The notes under the pieces were generated by a model that saw only the letters and a list, made by a program, of their open reading frames with translations, did no database searches and was not told the DNA's origin. The position numbers and the translations under genes were made by a program. From Candidatus Omnitrophota bacterium (GTDB lineage Bacteria > Omnitrophota > Gorgyraeia > Gygaellales > UBA12090): DNA of 64,000 bases. Below, piece after piece: positions 40,820-49,186 of the stretch. The stretch lies in contig JAUSCZ010000029.1 of the NCBI GenBank assembly GCA_030674475.1, positions 2,357 through 66,356 on the forward strand, written 5' to 3'. Position 1 is the stretch's first letter. Every line of letters begins with the position of its first letter.

Positions 40820-41869
40820 TTGTTTAATATAATTCTATCAGTAAAGCCAATAATCTTGAATACTCCTCTTGTTTTAAATAGATTCCTGGCTATGGGTGTG
40901 GGCAGCCTTCCTCATACCGAATCCGACCTCGCCTGCCGATTGATTTTTAAACATCTTAAACAGGATGTTCCTTTCTGGCCGCAGTTACCCAAAAGAAATT
41001 TTAAGGAAAATATGTACGTCCAGTTTTCTCAAACGCTTCCCGGCGTGGTTATAGATGAGGCCGGGCAGAGAATATGGATTGACGCCTTAAAAGATGATTA
41101 TTCTCAAAACGTAGAGGCGCTTTACGAGCATTATCTCGCTGATGACCTGGATTATTTCGCCATCGGTAAAGATTACGCCCGGGGGTTTTATGAATTCTTA
41201 AACTGCTTAAAGGTTGAGCCTTGTTCTTATATCAAAGGCCATATTATCGGCCCGATTAGTTTTGGACTGACAGTATCTTCTCAAGATAAAAAGGCGAGTA
41301 TTTATAATCTTGAATTCCGCGATTGCTTAGTTAAGGCTTTAGAAATGAAGGCCAGATGGCAGGCTAGGGAAATGAAATCCATAAGCCCTTCTTCGCGGGT
41401 GATCATCTGTATTGACGAGCCGTATCTGGTTTCAATCGGCTCAAGTTTTTTTAATATCAAGAACGAAGAGGTAAGCGCTATGCTTAACGATGTGGTTAAA
41501 GCGATTCATAAGGAAGGCGCCTTCGCGGCTGTTCACTGCTGCGGAAATACCGATTGGGGAATTGTGTTAAAGACCGATATAGATATCCTGAATTTTGATG
41601 CCTACAATTATTTAGAGACTATTTTTATTTACCGCGAAGAATTAGAGAATTTTCTCAAACGAAAGGGCCTCCTGGCCTTTGGGATTATTCCCAACAGCGC
41701 CCAGGGCCAACTGCCCGAACCAAACGCTTTGCTGGATAAAATCGGCCGCCAGGATAATTTTTGTCTGGTGAGCCCTTCCTGCGGATTAAGCGGGGTTTCC
41801 GAGGAGAGGGCGGATGAGGTGCTTGCTCTTACCTCTAATTTCAGCAGATTTCTCGACGGAGTTAAATAG
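40820..41869 (+). CDS. Cobalamin-independent methionine synthase (MetE) catalytic-domain-like / URO-D-fold methyltransferase-like protein. The start is probably the internal Met at 40892.
   Basis: The zinc-site-like residues ICIDEPYL, AVHCCGN and SPSCGLS resemble the MetE C-terminal IQIDE...H.C...NPDCGL pattern. I cannot resolve it below family level. Confidence 0.4.
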   Translation: MFNIILSVKPIILNTPLVLNRFLAMGVGSLPHTESDLACRLIFKHLKQDVPFWPQLPKRNFKENMYVQFSQTLPGVVIDEAGQRIWIDALKDDYSQNVEALYEHYLADDLDYFAIGKDYARGFYEFLNCLKVEPCSYIKGHIIGPISFGLTVSSQDKKASIYNLEFRDCLVKALEMKARWQAREMKSISPSSRVIICIDEPYLVSIGSSFFNIKNEEVSAMLNDVVKAIHKEGAFAAVHCCGNTDWGIVLKTDIDILNFDAYNYLETIFIYREELENFLKRKGLLAFGIIPNSAQGQLPEPNALLDKIGRQDNFCLVSPSCGLSGVSEERADEVLALTSNFSRFLDGVK

Positions 41870-42005
41870 GCATACACACTATTTGTTGTATCCCTGCCTT
41901 ATTATATCCACAATATATAGTATTTTTACTTGACTTTAGTTTTTCTGCTGATATATTAGTTAGTATGAATTTTGAACATAAACCCTTTAAAACACGGAGG
42001 CGGCT

Positions 42006-45000
42006 ATGACAATAAAACTTTCTGATAACGCGCTTAAGGTATTAGAAAGACGCTATCTTAAGAAAGACAAAGAAGGCAGGATAGTAGAAAGCCCGGAGGA
42101 GCTTTTTCGCCGGGTGGCTCACACTGTAGCCGCGGTGGAGAAGGCTTACGGCAGGAATGAGGCTCAGATCCGGGACCTGGAGAGTAAATTATATGATATG
42201 ATGGCCAACCTGGAATTTATGCCTAACTCTCCCACTCTGATGAATGCCGGAAGAGAGCTTTCTCAGCTGTCGGCTTGTTTTGTCCTTCCCATTGAGGATT
42301 CAATGGAGTCTATCTTTGAGAGCCTTAAGGCCACGGCGATGATCCACAAAAGCGGAGGAGGGACCGGTTTTTCTTTCTCTAAGCTCAGGGCTAAAAACAG
42401 TATGGTTCTTTCTACCGGAGGCATCGCCTCGGGACCGGTTTCCTTTATGAAGGTCTATGACGCCGCGACCCAGGCGGTCAAACAGGGCGGCACCCGGCGG
42501 GGGGCCAATATGGGTATATTAAGGATAGACCATCCGGATGTCCTGGAATTTATCCGGTGTAAGGAATCGGATAAAGACATAACCAATTTCAATATCTCAA
42601 TAGCGGTTACCGATGATTTTATGCGCAAGCTGGAAAAGGGCGAAGACTATGAACTGATTGACCCGCACACCAAAAAGCCGGTAAAGCGTCTTAATACCAA
42701 ATATGTCTTTGATTTGATTGTCAAGCAGGCCCATAAGAACGGCGAGCCAGGGGTAATCTTTATTGATAAAATAAATGCTAATAACCCCACCCCTAAATTA
42801 GGCGCCATTGAAAGCACTAACCCATGCGTAATAGGCGATACCTTGGTTTCCACGGAAAAAGGGTTGATTAAAATTAAAGATTTGGCTAATGATTATCCGC
42901 GAGGCGGAATAGATATTGCCACTGATGACAGGGTGGGTGATATTCTTTATGGTGAGCCAGAGCAAGGCGGCGGGGTTTCGACATTAACTGAAAAGAAGAC
43001 CGCCATTACTTTTAACCGGATTTCACAAGCATTTAAAACAGGAATAAAGCCGGTTTATAAGTTAATTACCGAATCAGGTTATGAGTTTACTGCTACTGCC
43101 GATCATAAGGTTATGACTCTTGAAGGCTGGGTGAGGTTTGAGGATCTAAAGCCAGGGACGCATAAAGTCCTTATTCAGTCTGAGGCTGGTAGATTTAATA
43201 CTGATTCAGCGCTTCCATTCGAAGTTGTGAATGAATATATAGGAGAAAATGGCAGAATATATAAGCTGAATCTGCCTTATAGCTGGTCAAAGGAATTAGG
43301 CCAAATTTTGGGGTGGTTGATTGGTGATGGATGGCTTAAGGATGATGAAAATTGCCGCGCAGGGTTTACCTTTAGCCAGGAAGACAAAGAAGTGCTGGAG
43401 TGTTTAAAGCCGGTTATTAATAATTTTTACGGGGCTGATATTAAAGAGACGCTTCGGGAAAATAATGTGTATCATCTTTCCTATCATAGCAAATATTTTG
43501 TGGAGTTTTTTAAGAACCTTGGCGTAAAGGCGGCGGTAAGCGAAGACAAGGAAGTGCCTTTGGCAATATTTACTGCTACTGGCGACGCGGTAATAGGATT
43601 TTTGCAGGGATTATTCAGCGCCGACGGTACGGTGGGATTTACAGAGAATAAAAACTCTTATATCAGACTGACCTCCAAATCCATAAAATTGCTTAAAGGA
43701 ACGCAATTACTGCTATTGAACTTTGGCATAAAATCAAAAATATATGATCGTTCGCGCCCCGCGCGGGAAGGTTTTGAATATATAACAAAAAATAATGAAA
43801 AACGGACATATAAACTTGACGGTAAACTTTTTGAACTTTCTATATCCAGGGAGGCGGTTATTTTATTTTTGGAAAGGATCGGCTTTTTATGCGATAAACA
43901 CTCAATAAAGATTGATAAATTGCTCTCTAAAGATTATTATCAGACTTCGTTCAGTGAGGATATTAAAACTATTGAGCCTTGTGGCGAAGAAGAAGTTTAT
44001 GACTTGACTGAGCCGGCCACTCATTCATTTATCGCTAGTGGTATTGTGATTTCAAATTGCGGGGAGCAGCCACTTTTGCCGTATGAGTCGTGCAATTTAG
44101 GCTCGATTAACTTAGAGCGGATGTTTATCAAGAAAGATACGGGTATTGAAATTGATTGGGAGAAATTAAAGAAGACCGCCCAGCTATCCGCGCATTTTCT
44201 GGATAACGTGATTGACGCCAATAAGTTTCCCCTGCCGGAAATTGAGAAAATGACCCGCCAGAACCGTAAAATCGGGCTGGGGGTAATGGGTTGGGCCAGC
44301 TTGCTTTGCCGCCTGGGTATCTCCTATGATTCTGAAGAGGCCATTTCTTTAGCTGAAAAAGTTATGTCTTGTATCCGGGAGGAAGCCAGGAAGAAATCCG
44401 AGGAACTTGCCCGCTTAAAAGGGCCTTTTCCCGCCTTTAAGGGAAGTATTTATGACCAGCCCAATGCTCAAAAACTGCGTAATGCCACTCTCACTACTAT
44501 CGCCCCCACCGGGACCATCAGCATTATTGCCGGGCCCTGTTCTTCCGGGATAGAGCCGCTTTTTGCCATATCTTATTACCGGATGGTAATGGATCAGGAT
44601 AAGCTGGTTGAGGCTGACCCGGTATTTGAGGAGATCGCTAAAGAGAGGGGATTTTATTCCCGGGAACTGATGGTTAAAATCGCCGAGAAAGGCTGTATTC
44701 AGGACATAGAGGAAATACCCCAGGAACTAAAAAAAGTTTTTGTGGTGGCCCATGATATTTCGCCGGAATGGCATATTAAGATGCAGGCGGCATTTCAGAA
44801 ATACACGGATAACGCCGCCTCTAAAACCATTAATATGCCTCATGAGGCAACCTTAGAAGATGTCCGGCAGGCCTATCTTCTGGCCTATAATTTAGGCTGT
44901 AAAGGGGTAACCGTGTATCGCGACAGGAGCCGGGAAGAACAGGTGTTAAATATTGAGCGTCCAGAAAAAAATCCTAAGAAGGAGGCAGCTGTGCAGGAGG

Positions 45001-45536
45001 AGAAAAAAAACGAACCCCATGATAAGATTGCCCCTCGCCCCCGGCCGGAGGTGGTGGTGGGAACCACTACTAAAGTAGCCACCGGATGCGGCAATCTTTA
45101 TGTAACCATAAATTCTGATGAAGAGGAAATGCCTTTTGAGGTTTTTACCCAGATGGGTAAGGCCGGAGGTTGCGCCGCCAGCCAGTTAGAGGCGATTGGC
45201 CGGTTGGTATCGCTTGCCTTTCGCTCCGGGATTGAGGTTAAGGTGATAATTGAGCAATTGCGCAATATTCGCTGCCCTTCGCCTTCCTGGGAAAAAGGGG
45301 TGCGGATCTTTTCTTGCGCCGACGCTATTGCCCGGGTGGTTGAGAAGAGGCTTTTGAATATCGGCACCGCGCACAAACACCGGGAGATTTCCTCCAAGGC
45401 CACTAAAGCCGAAGAGCATTTAATTGAACAGAATATTACTTCTGATATAATCGGAGTCTGTCCTGATTGCGGAGGAGCCCTTCGCCACGAAGAAAGCTGC
45501 GTCAAGTGCCAGTCTTGCGGATATTCTAAGTGCTAA
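42006..45536 (+). CDS. nrdJ: Class II (adenosylcobalamin-dependent) ribonucleotide reductase NrdJ, interrupted by an intein. The extein is 765 aa.
   Basis: N-extein ...LGAIESTNP | intein | CGEQPLLPYESCNLGSINL C-extein, which restores the NPCGEQPL radical-Cys loop. The C-terminal zinc ribbon is CPDCGG...CVKCQSCGYSKC. Confidence 0.85.
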   Translation: MTIKLSDNALKVLERRYLKKDKEGRIVESPEELFRRVAHTVAAVEKAYGRNEAQIRDLESKLYDMMANLEFMPNSPTLMNAGRELSQLSACFVLPIEDSMESIFESLKATAMIHKSGGGTGFSFSKLRAKNSMVLSTGGIASGPVSFMKVYDAATQAVKQGGTRRGANMGILRIDHPDVLEFIRCKESDKDITNFNISIAVTDDFMRKLEKGEDYELIDPHTKKPVKRLNTKYVFDLIVKQAHKNGEPGVIFIDKINANNPTPKLGAIESTNPCVIGDTLVSTEKGLIKIKDLANDYPRGGIDIATDDRVGDILYGEPEQGGGVSTLTEKKTAITFNRISQAFKTGIKPVYKLITESGYEFTATADHKVMTLEGWVRFEDLKPGTHKVLIQSEAGRFNTDSALPFEVVNEYIGENGRIYKLNLPYSWSKELGQILGWLIGDGWLKDDENCRAGFTFSQEDKEVLECLKPVINNFYGADIKETLRENNVYHLSYHSKYFVEFFKNLGVKAAVSEDKEVPLAIFTATGDAVIGFLQGLFSADGTVGFTENKNSYIRLTSKSIKLLKGTQLLLLNFGIKSKIYDRSRPAREGFEYITKNNEKRTYKLDGKLFELSISREAVILFLERIGFLCDKHSIKIDKLLSKDYYQTSFSEDIKTIEPCGEEEVYDLTEPATHSFIASGIVISNCGEQPLLPYESCNLGSINLERMFIKKDTGIEIDWEKLKKTAQLSAHFLDNVIDANKFPLPEIEKMTRQNRKIGLGVMGWASLLCRLGISYDSEEAISLAEKVMSCIREEARKKSEELARLKGPFPAFKGSIYDQPNAQKLRNATLTTIAPTGTISIIAGPCSSGIEPLFAISYYRMVMDQDKLVEADPVFEEIAKERGFYSRELMVKIAEKGCIQDIEEIPQELKKVFVVAHDISPEWHIKMQAAFQKYTDNAASKTINMPHEATLEDVRQAYLLAYNLGCKGVTVYRDRSREEQVLNIERPEKNPKKEAAVQEEKKNEPHDKIAPRPRPEVVVGTTTKVATGCGNLYVTINSDEEEMPFEVFTQMGKAGGCAASQLEAIGRLVSLAFRSGIEVKVIIEQLRNIRCPSPSWEKGVRIFSCADAIARVVEKRLLNIGTAHKHREISSKATKAEEHLIEQNITSDIIGVCPDCGGALRHEESCVKCQSCGYSKC
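42825..44057 (+). other. Intein (411 aa) with a LAGLIDADG homing-endonuclease domain.
   Basis: It begins with Cys (CVIGDTLV), block B is TADH, the two LAGLIDADG motifs are ILGWLIGDGWL (about 43308) and IGFLQGLFSADGTV (about 43594), and it ends ...GIVISN followed by the +1 Cys. The penultimate His is replaced by Ser. Confidence 0.8.
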
Positions 45537-45580
45537 AAAACAGTTTATAGCCGATGGTTTATAGTTTATAGCTATCAACC
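45537..45580 (+). repeat. Conserved intergenic element containing GTTTATAG direct repeats, after nrdJ. It recurs after pstB.
   Basis: aaaaacagtttatagccgatggtttatagtttatagctatcaacc is about 85% identical over 37 bp to 58207-58250. Confidence 0.45.
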
Positions 45581-45602
45581 ATTAACTATCAACTACGAGC
45601 TA

Positions 45603-46886
45603 ATGAAGAAAATACTATATGTCGTTTTAGACGGTTTAGGGGATTTGCCGATTAAGGAATTAGGAGATAAAACTCCGTTAGAGGCGGCATTTACCCCCAA
45701 TATGGATAAGTTGGCCCAAAAGGGAAAGACCGGAATAGTTTATCCGGTGGCTAAGGGAATCGCCCCGGAATCGGATGTGGCGGTGATTTGCCTGTTGGGC
45801 TATGACGCCCATAAATATTATACCGGCCGCGGCCCCCTGGAATCGTATGCCGAGGGTTTAGAAATCCATGACGGCGATTTAGCGCTACGGGTTAATTTCG
45901 CCACTGTGGATAAAGACGGCAAAACTATTCTTGACCGCCGGGTGGGAAGAAACCTCACTACTGAGGAAGCCAAGGCATTGGCCCAGGAATTAAATTCCAA
46001 GGTAATCTTAAGCTCCGGAACCTTTGAATTTCGCAGTACTATCGGACACCGGGGGGTGTTGGTTATTCGCAGCCAGCGCGGCCGTTTATCCGGCTGGATT
46101 ACCAATCCCGACCCCGCTTATGGCCGGGAAGGGGTGTTTGGAATTGCCTTGGAGAAGTTTCCCAATACCATTCAGGAATCAAGGCCGGTTGAAGGCCATG
46201 AAAATGACCCTAAGGCAATTGAGGCGGCCAAGCTTCTTAATGAGTGGACCCAGAAAGCGCATCTGGTTTTGCAAGAAGCACAAACTAATAAAAGAAGAGC
46301 CGCTGAGAGCAAGATGGTGGGTAACGCCATTGTTTCCCGAGACGCGGGAGATTGTTTGCCAAAATTTCCTTCTTTCACGCAAGTCAATGGCTTAAGATTC
46401 GGTTCCTTTGTGCAGATGCCGGTTGAAAAAGGCATCGCCCTTTTAACCGGTATTGATGTGGTCAGCCTTCCTCTGTCAACCGGTAAGGATGAGGTGGATT
46501 ATCCTCTCTGGGCTGAAACTGCTTTAAAGAAAATTCAGGATTTTGACGGCCTGTATATTCATATTAAGGGACCGGATGAGCCGGCCCACGATGGGAATTT
46601 TAATAAAAAGAAAGAATCTATTGAGGCTATTGATAAATATTTCTTCGCGAATCTGCTTCCCGGGCTTTCCTTAAGCGATTGCATTATCGCCGTAACCGCG
46701 GACCACTCCACCCCTTGTAAATTAAAGGCCCATTCCGCCGACCCCGTGCCATTATTGGTTGCGGGAGGAAGCATTAAGCCCGACGGCTCATTGAGTTTCT
46801 CTGAGAAGACCGCCAGGTTAGGCTCGCTCGGCGAGATTACCGGCCGGGAAGTCCTCCCTCTCCTTGTAAAGGCCGCTAAAAAATAG
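45603..46886 (+). CDS. apgM: 2,3-bisphosphoglycerate-independent phosphoglycerate mutase, archaeal type (ApgM).
   Basis: MKKILYVVLDGLGDLP...TPNMDKLA...ADHSTP matches the ApgM/alkaline-phosphatase-superfamily metal-site residues. It is 427 aa. Confidence 0.8.
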   Translation: MKKILYVVLDGLGDLPIKELGDKTPLEAAFTPNMDKLAQKGKTGIVYPVAKGIAPESDVAVICLLGYDAHKYYTGRGPLESYAEGLEIHDGDLALRVNFATVDKDGKTILDRRVGRNLTTEEAKALAQELNSKVILSSGTFEFRSTIGHRGVLVIRSQRGRLSGWITNPDPAYGREGVFGIALEKFPNTIQESRPVEGHENDPKAIEAAKLLNEWTQKAHLVLQEAQTNKRRAAESKMVGNAIVSRDAGDCLPKFPSFTQVNGLRFGSFVQMPVEKGIALLTGIDVVSLPLSTGKDEVDYPLWAETALKKIQDFDGLYIHIKGPDEPAHDGNFNKKKESIEAIDKYFFANLLPGLSLSDCIIAVTADHSTPCKLKAHSADPVPLLVAGGSIKPDGSLSFSEKTARLGSLGEITGREVLPLLVKAAKK

Positions 46887-46944
46887 GGACACATCCCAAT
46901 TTTCTCCCTACTTAATAAAATGAAAATTGGGATGTGTCCCTATT
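46885..46944 (+). repeat. Perfect 21-bp-arm hairpin (TAGGGACACATCCCAATTTTC ... GAAAATTGGGATGTGTCCCTA) directly after the apgM stop codon. REP-like.
   Basis: The arms are exact reverse complements with a 17-nt spacer. The arm core GGGATGTGTCCC recurs at 47657-47668 inside the 3' end of the RAYT gene. Confidence 0.8.
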
Positions 46945-47671
46945 TTTCTATTGACATCTGATAATAAGGATGATAAATTTTAAGTATGCCGCGTATTGCA
47001 AGAGTCGTTGTCGCTGACTACCCCCACCATATAATCCAAAGAGGCAACAACCGCCAGATGGTATTTTTTGATGATACAGATAGGCAGTTGTATTTAAAAT
47101 TATTAAGAAAGTACAGCTTAGAATGTGGTTGTAGAATAAAAGCATACTGTCTTATGGATAACCACGTCCATCTTTTATTGGTTCCGCTTGAGAGCGAGTC
47201 GCTTGCTAAAACAATGCAAAAGCTGAGTTTAACCTTTACCCAATATATTAACAAAAAATATAAAAGGACAGGTAGGTTGTGGGAGTGTAGATTTCATTCT
47301 TGTTTGGTGGATAAAGAGACATATTTGTGGGCTGTAAGCAAATATATAGAGAGAAATCCAGTGCGCTCAGGAATTGCTGTTTACCCGCAGGAGTATAAGT
47401 GGTCGAGCGCGGGAATCAGCACGGCTTTAAATTATTTGGATAGCTGGATAGAGCCTGTTTGGAAAGACTATTTGGGAAGCAGAGAAGAGTATATCAAATT
47501 TTTAAATCAGTTGGAATCAGAAAAAGAGGTAGAAGGAATACAAAAAGCAGTTTTCAGCGGAAAGCCTATTGGCACAGAGCAGTTTATAGAGAGAATGTAT
47601 AAACAAGCAGGCATTAATATAGCAATTCGTTCGGTAGGAAGGCCAAGGAAAGAAAATGGGATGTGTCCCTA
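46885..47671 (+). mobile_element. RAYT-type mobile unit: a REP-like palindrome, the RAYT gene, and a downstream half-palindrome.
   Basis: The Y1 HUH transposase gene is bracketed by GGGACACATCCCA-family sequences, and the unit truncates an IS256-family transposase gene at its right end. Confidence 0.6.
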
Positions 47672-47672
47672 A
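46986..47672 (+). CDS. REP-associated tyrosine transposase (RAYT; IS200/IS605-like Y1 HUH transposase).
   Basis: The HUH motif is MDNHVHLLL and the catalytic tyrosine motif is EYKWSSAG (the RAYT Y.WSS signature). It is 228 aa. Confidence 0.8.
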   Translation: MPRIARVVVADYPHHIIQRGNNRQMVFFDDTDRQLYLKLLRKYSLECGCRIKAYCLMDNHVHLLLVPLESESLAKTMQKLSLTFTQYINKKYKRTGRLWECRFHSCLVDKETYLWAVSKYIERNPVRSGIAVYPQEYKWSSAGISTALNYLDSWIEPVWKDYLGSREEYIKFLNQLESEKEVEGIQKAVFSGKPIGTEQFIERMYKQAGINIAIRSVGRPRKENGMCP

Positions 47673-48137
47673 TTTAATTAGGAAGCCTTCGCAGGCAGCG
47701 GTTGACTCGGCATGGGCAATCCTAAAGGCAATAAGTTCTTTCTTGCCGAATACGGTAATGCCATAGGCGACTAAAATAAGTATCTTTTTTGCTTTGAGCG
47801 AGCCTTTGACTGAGATAGTAATTCCGTCCAGGAATAAGAATTGATATTCATCGAGCAATTTTCGTTGGTGGAATTCTTTAACTAGAGGATTCAGCCGCTT
47901 GGTGATTCTGAATACAGTGGAAGCTGAAAGGGTAGCGCTGAGTAATGGTTTTAACGCTCCGGCGACGTCTCTGGTGGATATTCCGCGCAGGAAAACATTG
48001 CAGATAATATCTTTAACCAGGCGGCGCAGGTGTTGATTAATATCTCCCCAGAAGTTCTTTTCCTGGCTGGATTGAAAAAAATCATTGACTCTTGCCCAAC
48101 GGCGTCTTAAACTACCTTCTGTAACAACGTATTGCAT
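47517..48137 (-). pseudogene. IS256-family (mutator-type) transposase fragment. Homology covers only about 47660-48137; the N-terminal roughly 90 aa and the C-terminal half are missing.
   Basis: FLRGISTRDV...FLFLDGITISVKGS...LILVAYGITVFGKKELIAFRIAHAESTAACEGFLIKL aligns to the IS256 Tnp region YAKGMSTRDI...VFLDAIHFKVR...YIALGIDLEGRKDVLGMWVGENESAKFWLSVL. Homology stops at the RAYT half-palindrome. Confidence 0.6.
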
Positions 48138-48374
48138 AAGGCGTATCCTTTCTGGTAAGGGCCCTGGTTAGGCCCGGGTTGATAAATTTCCAAACAGAAA
48201 GATAGGCCTTTTTTAATGCTATTGCAATAGAAAACGGTTTTTTGTTTCCCGGAGCTAAAAGATATACCCTTTATCTTGCGCCGGAGGCACGATCTTTTAT
48301 AGCCCCAGATAAAACCATTAACCGTTTATATCAATTTACACACAATCCAGTATACTACCCAACGCTCTTTTGTT

Positions 48375-48403
48375 TTGACATGAATCTGCTAAGGTGGTAT
48401 CAT
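48375..48403 (+). promoter_or_regulatory. Near-consensus sigma-70 promoter (TTGACA, 17-nt spacer, TATCAT) for the 48417 gene.
   Basis: Exact -35, 17-bp spacer, and 5/6 at -10. A GGAGG RBS lies 8 nt before the ATG. Confidence 0.55.
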
Positions 48404-48416
48404 ATTTATAAATTTA

Positions 48417-49004
48417 ATGGAGGAAATAATGAAAAAAACACTCTTCTCAGTACTTGTTTTAACTTTTTTTTCCTTAGCCCCAAATATATTCGCTGGAATA
48501 GAAGAACCTCACCCAACGCCAAGTGAATTATCGATTCCACCTGTTGAAGAACTCGCCAAACTTGATTACGGAACACCCATCACAATTAATTATGAACAAG
48601 CTATAAAGAAATACTGCGAAAATACCCTTAAAAACCCAGAAACTGCCATTTACAAATTTCAAGGAAGCCCACAAAAATATTGGTATCGTGAGATATTCTT
48701 TGAAAAAGATGGAGCGAGGTCAAAAATATATATGGGCTACGCCGTATTTGTTAAAATCGACTACAAGAACAAAATGGATAAGTTTGAGAGAGAATACGTT
48801 GGAGACCTACCATGGACTTTTATCTTTAGAGACAATGAAATAATTAAAGTCGCATCACCAGAAGAGACTAAAATGTGGGAAAAACATAATAAACATACAT
48901 ATCAAGAAACCAAAGAAAGAGAGAGTAATAGAAAGCCCGGTGGTCCAATACGACTATATTCATTAGTAGCTGCCTATGAGTGTGGCGGGAGAATAATTCC
49001 CTAA
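48417..49004 (+). CDS. Hypothetical secreted protein (195 aa). A T8 homopolymer lies in the signal-peptide coding region.
   Basis: Signal peptide MKKTLFSVLVLTFFSLAPNIFA, a strong promoter and RBS. I recognised no domain. Confidence 0.55.
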   Translation: MEEIMKKTLFSVLVLTFFSLAPNIFAGIEEPHPTPSELSIPPVEELAKLDYGTPITINYEQAIKKYCENTLKNPETAIYKFQGSPQKYWYREIFFEKDGARSKIYMGYAVFVKIDYKNKMDKFEREYVGDLPWTFIFRDNEIIKVASPEETKMWEKHNKHTYQETKERESNRKPGGPIRLYSLVAAYECGGRIIP

Positions 49005-49186
49005 ACAAATAAGAATAAGTTCTAAATCTGCCCTACAATCAACAAAGTCTTCTCCTAACCACAAATTTCAAAATTGCAAGCAATTTAGTGGTCTAAAATT
49101 ACAAAAACCTTAGTTTTGAGCAACCCTCATATAGACGTAAAAAATGCTTATTTTCGTGCAAAAAAAGTGACACTTTTCGCTTTGAA

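Noticed and set aside
41930-42005. A cobalamin riboswitch or NrdR box in the nrdJ leader.
   Set aside because: The leader between the TTGACT-16-TATATT promoter and the ATG is only about 48 nt, which is too short for a B12 riboswitch. I did not see tandem NrdR boxes (acaCwAtATaTwGtgt-like).
46024-46894. ORFs 46024-46395 (+), 46172-46435 (-), 46179-46382 (-) and 46559-46894 (-).
   Set aside because: They lie wholly inside apgM in other frames or antisense, and show no domain signatures.
48242-48526. ORF 48242-48526 (+, 94 aa).
   Set aside because: It overlaps the strong promoter, RBS and start of the 48417 gene in another frame, and its sequence is low-complexity. It is probably the degraded 5' region of the IS256 remnant.
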